Shown here in pieces: positions 50,563 to 59,680 of a stretch of 64,000 bases of DNA (the stretch's first letter is position 1; each line of letters starts with the position of its first letter). The notes below the pieces were generated by a model. The model saw nothing but the letters and a program-made list of their open reading frames with translations. It made no database searches and was not told the origin of the DNA. The translations under genes were made by a program, and so were the position numbers. The DNA comes from Monocercomonoides exilis PA203 (lineage: Eukaryota > Protista > Preaxostyla). Where the stretch lies: NCBI GenBank assembly GCA_001643675.2, contig LSRY02000023.1:1282701-1346700 (forward strand), written 5' to 3'.

Positions 50563-51958
50563 TCTTCTTCTTCTTTTTCAGAACCTTCATTACATGCTGC
50601 ATCAGCGGACGAGTCGAAAAATGCAAATGGAGACGAGGAAGAAGGGGGAAGCGATGGAGCAATTTTTTTAAGACTAAAAGCTGAGAATAAGTTGAAAGCA
50701 TATTTGCAGACTTATTCCTTTGACTGAGATTCACACTGTCATTTGAATCCGTTTTATAAAGACAAGCGATAATTCTGACAACAAAAGGCGAATGCTTCGG
50801 AGATGATCAGGCGGAATATGCAGAGCAAAAAAAGAAAGAAAGAACGATAGATAGAAAGAATGAAGCACATGAAACAAAAGTGGTTACAGCAATAGGCAAA
50901 CAGTTCTCAGTTTATGTACTGCAACTCTGTTGAAGCGCATTTGTGTTGAATGATTCCTTTCTTTCCTTTTTTTATTCGCAGTTATTGAATCGTCACCAAC
51001 TTCTTCCCAACCATATTTTCAATTACACCCATTCGATCTTCACAGAAGCGAATTCTACGAATGATATTTCAATATCTTCTTCTTCAATAAACTCATAAAA
51101 GATTTATTAAGATTATAATTCCTTCTTTCTGATCATTTTTTTTTTCATTGAAAATTCCGAAACTCAGTCGAAGACAGACGTATCAAGTGGAATTGAAATG
51201 AAACACGCCAAATTTACAAAAGAAGCACACACAAAGGCAGCAAATACAAAGAAGAAGAGTCGGGGGAAAGAAGTGAAAGATGAATGTTTCATTTGGAATT
51301 TGCATAAAAGTGGGCATTTCAATGAGAATTTAGCAACTTTTTCTTTTCAATTGAGTACTTTTATGATTATATAGAAAATCAAATTATTAAAGGAAGAAAT
51401 ATTGGGAAACCTCATTTTCAAATTCCCAAACGTCTGGAAAGCCTATCCTTCATGAAATTTTGCTTTGAAGAACACTCAGCGAATTTTCTTCAAATTTCTC
51501 TTTCGATGGAAAGAAAATGAAGAAAATGGGAAGGAAAAATTTGAAAAGAAATTCTATTTCAAAGGCTTTCTCTTAAAAGGTTAAACGAAAATTTACTTCT
51601 TGTTTGAATAATAATATGAAGAATTATTATTATATTTGTTTATGGAATTTTGATCTGAATTTAAATTTGATGAGAAGGGGTTATGGGGCATAATATTTTT
51701 TGCATTTTTAATGTGAACAGAGAAAAAATGCCAACATGATAGTATATAAAAAATATACATTTTAAAAAAATATTTGTATCACATCATGAGTTAAATATAA
51801 AATATTTTTTCAATTCTATTTGTGTTTGTCTTTGAAAAAGACAATTAGTTTCTTAATATAAAAATTCACTTATTTTCTTTTTTTGAAAAAGAAATCCACC
51901 AATACTTAAAGAATAAATTATCAAATTGCAGATAAATATATATATGTATATATATATA

Positions 51959-52196
51959 TGATTCTTTTTGAAAAGTCGCAAATGTTTTATTTTCAAATAA
52001 ATCAAAATTTTCACATTTTGCTCAAATTTATGTTTTCACTCACGAATCTTCTTCAGAATGCATATAATAGCATTATCCAGAAATAGGCTCCATATTAGTA
52101 AAGTTTGGTGCATGCAAACAAAATTTTTAGCTAAATTTGTAATTATTGATTTATTTGAAAATCAATCATTTGCGACTTTTCAAAAATAATCACCCC
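51959..52196. mobile_element. MITE of the GGGTGATT-TTTTTGAAA family, ~50-70-bp arms
   Basis: TGATTCTTTTTGAAAAGTCGCAAATG..TATTTTCAAATAAATCAA is mirrored at 52146-52196; the left end abuts a (TA)n tract. Confidence 0.75.
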
Positions 52197-52710
52197 TATT
52201 TATACAGTCAATACAATATATAATCACAACGAATATAATCACATTCGTTAATATTCACATTTTTCCATGCACCGACATTTTTGGCCAATTTCTCATTCAT
52301 TTTCCATCGCATATAATCACAGGACTGAAAATATATTATCCCATTTTTTATTATTATGGGGGATTTTTGCTATGAAAAATCGAATTTCTGATCAAAATTA
52401 TGAATTTTTGATATTTCAATATTATGTTTTAATAAGTCTGAATAACATAACAAAACATGAAAAAATGTAATTTCTATTGAAAAATGTGTTTTTGAGGAAT
52501 TCAACTAAATTAAAAACTCGTACCAAAATTAATTAATGAATAAATTGATATTTATTTTTTCTATTTTAAGTCACTCCGCATACAATCACAATCGGATTTT
52601 GTCACAAAAAGAAGTGCAAAAATTAAAGTGATATTATAGTATTTTGACTGAATTCAAATGTTGGGTCCTATGATTCATAATTAAGATGGTTCCTTTTAAT
52701 TCCACCTTTC

Positions 52711-52989
52711 TTAAAAATTTTCTCTAAAAATTATTTTCCGTGCATTACGCATGACAGGGCGTCGATCTGGAGACACCCCAGCAATTCTTAACCTTCTCTT
52801 AATCATGGCACTTCGACAGCGCAATTTAACAACTACTTTTCCTTCAATAGGTGTCGCTCTGCGCTGATTCTTACCATCATTTCGATGGTGATCGTCTTTC
52901 CACGGAAACTCAGCCACATTCCTATTCCTTATGCCTTTCCAATTCAAGAACTCCCATTTTCTAACTGGATTTTTTTTCCAATTAACCAT
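52711..52989 (-). CDS. Putative viral accessory ORF (basic, 92 aa) next to ori 1
   Basis: ATG start 47 nt from the ori-1 stem, on the same strand and in the same position as ORF 55445-55867 relative to ori 2. Confidence 0.5.
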   Translation of the reverse strand: MVNWKKNPVRKWEFLNWKGIRNRNVAEFPWKDDHHRNDGKNQRRATPIEGKVVVKLRCRSAMIKRRLRIAGVSPDRRPVMRNARKIIFRENF

Positions 52990-53020
52990 TTTTGATCTAA
53001 CCCTTAATTATTTCCGACCT

Positions 53021-53070
53021 CTCAGAAGTCTCAGAAGTTGCCGATAGGTAATACTAAACTATCGGCAACT
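53021..53070 (-). promoter_or_regulatory. Rolling-circle origin 1: 12-bp stem-loop with nonanucleotide TAGTATTAC and tandem iterons
   Basis: AGTTGCCGATAG (53036-53047) / CTATCGGCAACT (53059-53070); loop contains GTAATACTA (53048-53056) = TAGTATTAC on the minus strand; CTCAGAAGT x2 at 53021-53038. Confidence 0.95.
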
Positions 53071-53129
53071 AATTATGGGTTCGGAAAAATTTTTGATCTG
53101 ACCCATAAAATAAAATATATTTATCCTTG

Positions 53130-54068
53130 ATGTCACTACTTACAAACATGAGAGGAAGAGCATGGTGTTTTACACTAAACAATTATACAGATGCAGAATA
53201 CGAAAAAATAAAACGAATAGACTGCCGATATCTAGTAGTAGGCAAGGAAGTAGGTGAATTAGGAACTCCTCATCTACAGGGCTACGTATACTTCAAGAAC
53301 CAGAAAGCATTTAATACTATCAAACATATAATAGGGGATAGAGCTCATCTGGAAACTGCAAAAGGATCTCCCGAAGACAACAGGAAATATTGTTCAAAAG
53401 AAAATAACTATTTCGAAAAAGGAGAACTGCCACAACAAGGGAATAGATCAGATATAGACAAAGCTATATCTATGATTCAAGAAGGGAAATCAATAACAGA
53501 AGTAGCGAAAGAAATGCCTAAACAAATAGTATTGCATGGAAAAGGACTAACACATCTACATAATATATTGCAAGAAGAAAAACAAGGCGATAGACCAGAA
53601 AGAAGAGAAACTTACTGGCTATGGGGTGAAACAGGATCTGGAAAGACTACCTACGTAAAAAATAAAGAAAAGGAATTAAAGGAATCATTAGGTTGGAGAT
53701 GCTATAACTGGCCAGTTTCTCCTGGCTTTTTCACAAATTACACTAATCAAGAAATTGCAGTTTTTGATGATTTCGATCCTGACATTATGGATTTCAAAAT
53801 GTTCTTAAAGATAACAGACCCATGGTGCAATCCTGCGATTAACACAAAAGGTGATTCAGGTACATTTACTTCGAACCTAGTATTCTTTACAGCTACAGAA
53901 CCTGCTGAAACAATTCTAAAAAAATGTGTAGCTACAAAAAGTCAGATGGGTCAAGTAACAAGAAGAGTAAAGAACATTCATGTTCCTTATGACCTAGAAG
54001 AACCTAATGAATTAGATGAAACACTTCCCACTCAACCAGATAATGAAGATTTTATTAATCAACTTTAA
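53130..54068 (+). CDS. rep: CRESS virus replication-associated protein (HUH endonuclease + SF3 helicase)
   Basis: Motif I WCFTLNN, motif II TPHLQG, motif III YCSK, Walker A GETGSGKT, Walker B VFDDF, motif C-like FFTAT, Arg finger RRV; uninterrupted. Confidence 0.97.
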   Translation: MSLLTNMRGRAWCFTLNNYTDAEYEKIKRIDCRYLVVGKEVGELGTPHLQGYVYFKNQKAFNTIKHIIGDRAHLETAKGSPEDNRKYCSKENNYFEKGELPQQGNRSDIDKAISMIQEGKSITEVAKEMPKQIVLHGKGLTHLHNILQEEKQGDRPERRETYWLWGETGSGKTTYVKNKEKELKESLGWRCYNWPVSPGFFTNYTNQEIAVFDDFDPDIMDFKMFLKITDPWCNPAINTKGDSGTFTSNLVFFTATEPAETILKKCVATKSQMGQVTRRVKNIHVPYDLEEPNELDETLPTQPDNEDFINQL

Positions 54069-54157
54069 TTTTTATTTGCTCATTTTTCACATATCTTAAT
54101 TTGAGAGTATTAACATGCGTATTATTAATAAAATGAAACGTTTTTCTTAAAAAAAAA
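54069..54157. terminator. Short intergenic region between convergent rep and cap with poly(A) signals on both strands
   Basis: AATAAA at 54127-54132 (+) and TTTATT at 54071-54076 (AATAAA on -). Confidence 0.5.
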
Positions 54158-55378
54158 TTAATTATCATCTTTTAAAATAGTAAAATTTTTGGTATGAACA
54201 GGGTTCATACCGGAGGCGCCGGTTTCACCCGCGGGTTCAATTCCGACTGAACCACTGTCCACAGCTAACGCTATATTAGGTTGATTATTTTTACCCGTAT
54301 CAGGTATACCAGGAACATTATATACAGTTGTTTGATTAGCAACCAATGGCATTCCACTTGCATATTTCCAATAGGAATTCCTAACAGCCCTATAATTCAC
54401 TTGTAATGAAGCAGTTTGAGCTGCTCCATACAGATTACTAAATTTGTCTTCAGGCCCGAATCCAGCTAACATAACTATTGTATAATGCCAATAGTCTATA
54501 TCTAGATTATCATTAAATCTATCATGACGATTAGGATAAACATTAAATTTAAATTCAGTGGTCCATTTCGTTTCATCACTAACACGTAGCAATTTATCTA
54601 TATACAACTGTGCACCTAATTCACGAAGCCATCTTTTCTTAAATCCCGAAACATAACCTGAAGTTGCAAGCCAAGGATACTTAAACATAGACCAAATTTT
54701 CTGACTAATTTCCATATTTACATAATTACCCCAACGACGAAAAACTAATACACGAATATACGCATGACTGAAATCAGTCAACGCATATTGATCGCCGGAA
54801 AAATTAAAATATAACTCATGTCGTACTTTATACAATATATAATCACATTTCGGATCAGTTTGTGTAGGCGACGCTGGATTAATATTCACAAGAAATACAG
54901 CATTATCAGGATATGAAACTAAATTTGTATCATTTTCATAAATTGGCATATTATATGCAAAAAACCGAGAAGAAAATACGGTAAAAGACTGATATATAGG
55001 TGGACGATTTTTATAAATCCAACTTAAATATCTATATCTTCGTCTTCTATATCTACGTCTACGAATTTTCCTCATCCTATAACGATACCTACGTCCACGT
55101 TTATGGATTTTCTTTCCGCTTCCAGTTTGCTTGATCTGCTTCCAATTTTGCACACGACCTTGCCCTGTAGCATTAAGGTTAACCCTACCTTTAGACAACC
55201 TTAAAGATCTATCACCACTCCTAATCCTATTAATCATAGACCGACTCATAGACCGACCTAAATTAATAGTAGAATGGGATAACCTACTTCTAGTTGCTGC
55301 AGGTATAGACCTATACAAAGAAAAAGCAGAAGATGCAAAACTTGGAATACTTCTTATTAAACTTGATGCTAGTGACAT
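54158..55378 (-). CDS. cap: Putative CRESS virus capsid protein
   Basis: 406 aa from ATG 55378; Arg-rich arm (KRGRRYRYRMRKIRRRRYRRRRYRY) followed by an aromatic, beta-strand-like region (AYIRVLVFRR, YTIVML); ambisense to rep. Confidence 0.85.
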   Translation of the reverse strand: MSLASSLIRSIPSFASSAFSLYRSIPAATRSRLSHSTINLGRSMSRSMINRIRSGDRSLRLSKGRVNLNATGQGRVQNWKQIKQTGSGKKIHKRGRRYRYRMRKIRRRRYRRRRYRYLSWIYKNRPPIYQSFTVFSSRFFAYNMPIYENDTNLVSYPDNAVFLVNINPASPTQTDPKCDYILYKVRHELYFNFSGDQYALTDFSHAYIRVLVFRRWGNYVNMEISQKIWSMFKYPWLATSGYVSGFKKRWLRELGAQLYIDKLLRVSDETKWTTEFKFNVYPNRHDRFNDNLDIDYWHYTIVMLAGFGPEDKFSNLYGAAQTASLQVNYRAVRNSYWKYASGMPLVANQTTVYNVPGIPDTGKNNQPNIALAVDSGSVGIEPAGETGASGMNPVHTKNFTILKDDN

Positions 55379-55444
55379 GTAAAAATGCAAAGGAAAAATA
55401 GGAATTTTATGATCAAATTCTAGAATTATAAAATAAAATTATGG

Positions 55445-55867
55445 TTAATAAAAAGTTACATCTCTTAAAATATATGGATTATTCCAATCACCATGAAATT
55501 CATAAAATATTTTATTATGATTTCTCAAATAAACATTAAAATTATTCTTCATATATTGAAGATAAAATCTTCGCCAAGCTAATAACTGCCTTTCTCTAGA
55601 TCCTTGCCTTCTTAATGCTCTAGGTCTTTGTCTATTTCTATATACCATCCTATTATGCACTGAAGCAAATTGCCTCCATGCTCTACGATAAACAGCTTCC
55701 AATGAGTCAATATACATCATAGCATTCTGCATCTGCATTCCCCAACACCTAGTAAAACGCGGTGCCCAGTTCTCACTGACATCTTCCTCATACGCTTGCA
55801 ACGTAATAGGAACAGTCATGAACCACATGTCATCAGTCCATTCGTCTTCGTTCATTTTTTCGATCAT
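55445..55867 (-). CDS. Putative viral accessory ORF (~140 aa) between ori 2 and cap
   Basis: Fills the gap between ori 2 and cap on the cap strand; acidic N-terminus, Arg/aromatic-rich C-terminal half; no recognisable homologue. Confidence 0.65.
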   Translation of the reverse strand: MIEKMNEDEWTDDMWFMTVPITLQAYEEDVSENWAPRFTRCWGMQMQNAMMYIDSLEAVYRRAWRQFASVHNRMVYRNRQRPRALRRQGSRERQLLAWRRFYLQYMKNNFNVYLRNHNKIFYEFHGDWNNPYILRDVTFY

Positions 55868-55888
55868 ACCCTTAATATTTTCCAAGAT

Positions 55889-55933
55889 CTCACAAGTCTC
55901 AGAAGTTGCCGGTAATACTATACGGCAACTTCT
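55889..55933 (-). promoter_or_regulatory. Rolling-circle origin 2: 11-bp stem-loop with TAGTATTAC and iterons
   Basis: AGAAGTTGCCG (55901-55911) / CGGCAACTTCT (55923-55933); GTAATACTA at 55912-55920; CTCACAAGT-CTCAGAAGT at 55889-55906. Confidence 0.95.
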
Positions 55934-55988
55934 AAATAAATTAGGGGTCAGATCAGAGAACCCATAATTTAATATTTAAATTTCCAGG

Positions 55989-56447
55989 ATGTCATTATTA
56001 GAGAACATGCGTAGTCGTGCTTGGTGTTTCACTCTAAATAATTATGCAGAAGAAGACTTCGAAAGAATAAAACACATTGATTGCAGATACTTAGTAGTTG
56101 GCAAAGAAATCGGTGCTTCAGGAACTCCACACCTTCAAGGGTATATTCATTTCAAAAATCAAAAAGCCTTCAACACAGTTAAGCACATGATAGGTGACAG
56201 AGCCCATATAGAATCAGCTAAAGGTACCCCAAAAGACAATAGAAACTACTGCACTAAAGACAATGACTTTTTCGAAAAAGGTGAACTACCCACACAAGGA
56301 AAAAGATCCGATATAGATGAAGCTATATCAATGATACAAGAAGGTAAACCCCTAACTGAAGTAGCCAAGAAAATGCCTAAACAGATCGTTCTACATGGTA
56401 AAGGACTTACTCACCTAAGTAACCTAATGCATGAAAATCTAGGTTAG
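55989..56447 (+). CDS. rep: Second, diverged Rep: endonuclease domain only, ends before the helicase
   Basis: WCFTLNN, TPHLQG and YCTK; colinear with Rep1 for 152 aa; stop lies in CTA GGT TAG GTT AGGG. Confidence 0.9.
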   Translation: MSLLENMRSRAWCFTLNNYAEEDFERIKHIDCRYLVVGKEIGASGTPHLQGYIHFKNQKAFNTVKHMIGDRAHIESAKGTPKDNRNYCTKDNDFFEKGELPTQGKRSDIDEAISMIQEGKPLTEVAKKMPKQIVLHGKGLTHLSNLMHENLG

Positions 56448-59400
56448 GTTAGGGGAAAACACGACGCATCCAGAATCTTGAAAGGCGTTTTTCTCGCCGG
56501 GGGAGGGGGTGCGGGAGAAACCGAAAATACTGGGTGAAGGTGCTTGCCCACCTCCACCACCAGGCAGGCTTTGGTGAGGAACAGACACCGCCCCGAGGAG
56601 CTGTGGCAATCTCAAAAATAAATTTGGACAACCGTAGGCTGCACAAAAACAAACCCTAACCTATCTCAGACCCATAATTAATTTTCTCGCTTTTCTCCAC
56701 TCAAAAAACTTTTTTTCGGAAAATTGTATGACAACTCGATATTAATGCAAATTATAAACTGTCATAGGTGAAAAACAAAAGAAAAAAGCAAAAGGATGCA
56801 AAACAAGGAAAAATATTTCTGAAAAAAATGTCAACCAGGTTAGGTTATTTGACATCCCATATCAACTTGCCTGAAAAAATGAATTTTTGAAAAATTTCTA
56901 TGGAATGCTGCCAATTTGGAAAATAAACATTTTTTACATGTTTATAATTAATTAACTCAATTTATATTTATTATCAAAACGGTTTATCACGAAAAAATTA
57001 AAAATTCGAAAAAAATCAAAAATACCATAAAGAAATTTTTTATTTTTCAGTCAACAAAATTATCTCACGAATGAGATGATATGACTAAATAAAAAGCATG
57101 CAGGTGGTAATCATAATTAAAATGAAGTGCTTTGGCGGGATGTTCGCAGCGCGAAGAGGAAAAATTGCACATGCCGAAAAACCAGGTTTGACTTCTTGTT
57201 TTTTCAATAATTTATACATAAAACAAAATAAATATTACATTATTATCATATTAATAATAGATACAATTGATAATCACACCGTTTTTATGCTATTTCATCT
57301 TAATTTTGAAGATTTTTTACAACTTTGCAAAATTTGACATTTCAGTCAAATTAGACTGAAAAAATCAGTTAAATGAAAAACACTGTTTGCTCTGTTATTA
57401 ACGAAAATTTATAATTGATAAACTTTATTATTAATTTTTAACATCAATAGAATCCTTTTTTACAAACAAATTCAGTATTTTGTTGTTTAAATAGCAAAAT
57501 TTAACAAATGCTGTTTAAATAACAGATATATCCTATAAAAATTGCTATTATTTTATATCTCACTCACAATTTTTTAAGATCTTGTCTTTTTCATTTCTAT
57601 ACCACAAAAATATTAAACTGCAATATAAAAATCACCGTTTTCTTTCAAAAAAAGTGAATTTTTATAAATTTTAACAAGAAATGAAGGAAAAAAAAGAATA
57701 GATGTTATTGTCGCAAATTTTAGAAAAAAGACCATGGATTGAATGTTATATTTTCTTTTGAAAAAAGAAAATATCCATTCAATCATTCAACAAGCAAAAA
57801 CTTTAAAAAAGAAAAAGATTAAAAAAATTATTTATCAATAATGCTAACATGTTTTTGAATGAACTCTCATATATTCAAAATAACAGGCTTGATACAATTT
57901 CTACGAAGTTTCTTTAAACAAAAATTAGTTATTGCTAGTTTATCTTTTAACTGTTATCAAAGTGCATTGTAATATCGGCTATATTATTTCAATCCAAATG
58001 TTTGCTAAAAGTATTCGTTCTGTTTCCCTCATTTCTCAATGAAAATTGTTAACTCGAAAAAAGTAAAAGTCAAACCTGTATTTCATAAGATACGGTGATA
58101 TTCTCTTCAACATTGTTCTTGGACACTTCTTCATTGCTTCGTTTATTTGTGCATTCGCCTGAAACAATATATCTTTTATTGTTTTAAGATTGTATGTGAG
58201 GAAAATGAAAAATGCGGTTAACTAATTGAAAAAATTGTTACACACTTTCAACATTTCATGGTTTGCAAGGTGATGTTAAAATCATTTCAACATTTCTTTG
58301 TTTTTAAGGAATGTTAAAAATTCGTTCAAAGATTTTTCATTTATTTAATCCCTCATGATCCGATAACCAAAAGGAAGTATTTTTAAATTGCATTCAATGA
58401 TAACCAATAATGTGGGAGAAAATGAATTGAGTTTGTATTAAATATTTTGTTTTTGGACTTTTTTTATTTGAAAAATTTTTGTTTGAAGTTTCGAAAGTTG
58501 ATACATGATAATGAAATGCTTATCACGTATTTTTTGCAGTTCTTTTCGTTCTATTTACGTTCTTAAATTCAGAGTATCGTTTGAATTGTTCTTTTGATTC
58601 TTATAATACGATAAGCCATAAGATTATTAAGAAATGATTTTTTAATATCTCAAAAAGTGACACTTTTATTTTTTCTTGTTAAGCTTTTATATCTGTTCAG
58701 AGGTTTTAATCATTCTTCACAAACATTGAATATGTCTCTTTGATATTTATTTTTTATGAATCCGTTTAATAATTTTATTTTAATCGAAAGACAAAAGTTT
58801 ATCTTTAACTTTTTTATTTTTCTTTAATTCATTTCATTCTATCATAAAAATGCAATTAACAGTCTTTCAAAATTAATATATTTTATTTATTTCATTGATG
58901 TGAAATGAATAGAAGGTGATTTGAGAAATAAATATAAAATAAATGGAAAATCAAAAGTTGCACAATTTTCTCAATTAATTGATAATAAAAAACTGAAAAC
59001 AAAATGTTAAACAATTAAAGTTTATGAATGACAATCAATGCAACGATGTGGCTCAACATTGTTGTTGCCATCTTGTTCGTTCAATGAACTATTCTTTAAA
59101 AAAATGATCATTCTTCATCAAGAGTAGTTTTCTTTATTCATTGATCCAATTTCGTTGACACTACAAAATTCTGTTTTTCAATGTTTCTGGCATTCTTATC
59201 ATATTCATCAGTGAGTTCAAAGCTGTATCTTCGATCGTTGACAATCATGAATCCTGCTTTTCTGAAAAACCATCTTTATTTAGGTTTCTGGAAATTAAAA
59301 CGTAATTTCCAAAAAAAAATGAAGATTATTTATAATAATTATCAAATAAATATACAATTTTTCATCAGTAATACCTTCGATAGCACTTTTAATCATCTTT

Positions 59401-59680
59401 TCAGTCGAAATATTGTTTTTTTTGGTTCATAAACTCCACATTGATCCGCATTTTGAAAAAGTGATTTTCATTCCCATTTTGCATATTAAAAGAAATAGAT
59501 ATAAATAAGATAAAAATTGTATAATTGACTTGAAAAAAAAGATGTACAATTCAAACGAAAGTGAGCAAAGGCGAATGTTTGATCTTTGTTGTTTTCATTT
59601 TTGTCATTGTTATTTCCATTCCACTAATAAAATAGCAACTACGGATTTTGTCACAAAATTGTGTTTTTCGCTGAATATGT

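Larger units (their letters stand above)
52700..56680. mobile_element. Endogenous CRESS-DNA (Cressdnaviricota-like) viral element, greater than unit length
   Basis: Order ORF(-), ori, Rep(+), Cap(-), ORF(-), ori, partial Rep(+); compact and intronless, embedded in AT-rich host subtelomere. Boundaries approximate. Confidence 0.95.

Noticed and set aside
52212-52260. 17-nt match to cap (54831-54847), translating VNIN...CDYILY, as a possible remnant of a second cap
   Set aside because: Very AT-rich match within TAATCAC subrepeats of a likely MITE end; flanks show no capsid similarity or Arg-rich arm.
55131-55382. 83-aa ORF antisense to the cap N-terminus as an overlapping viral gene
   Set aside because: TTG start, no motif, and explainable as antisense of Arg/Ser codons.
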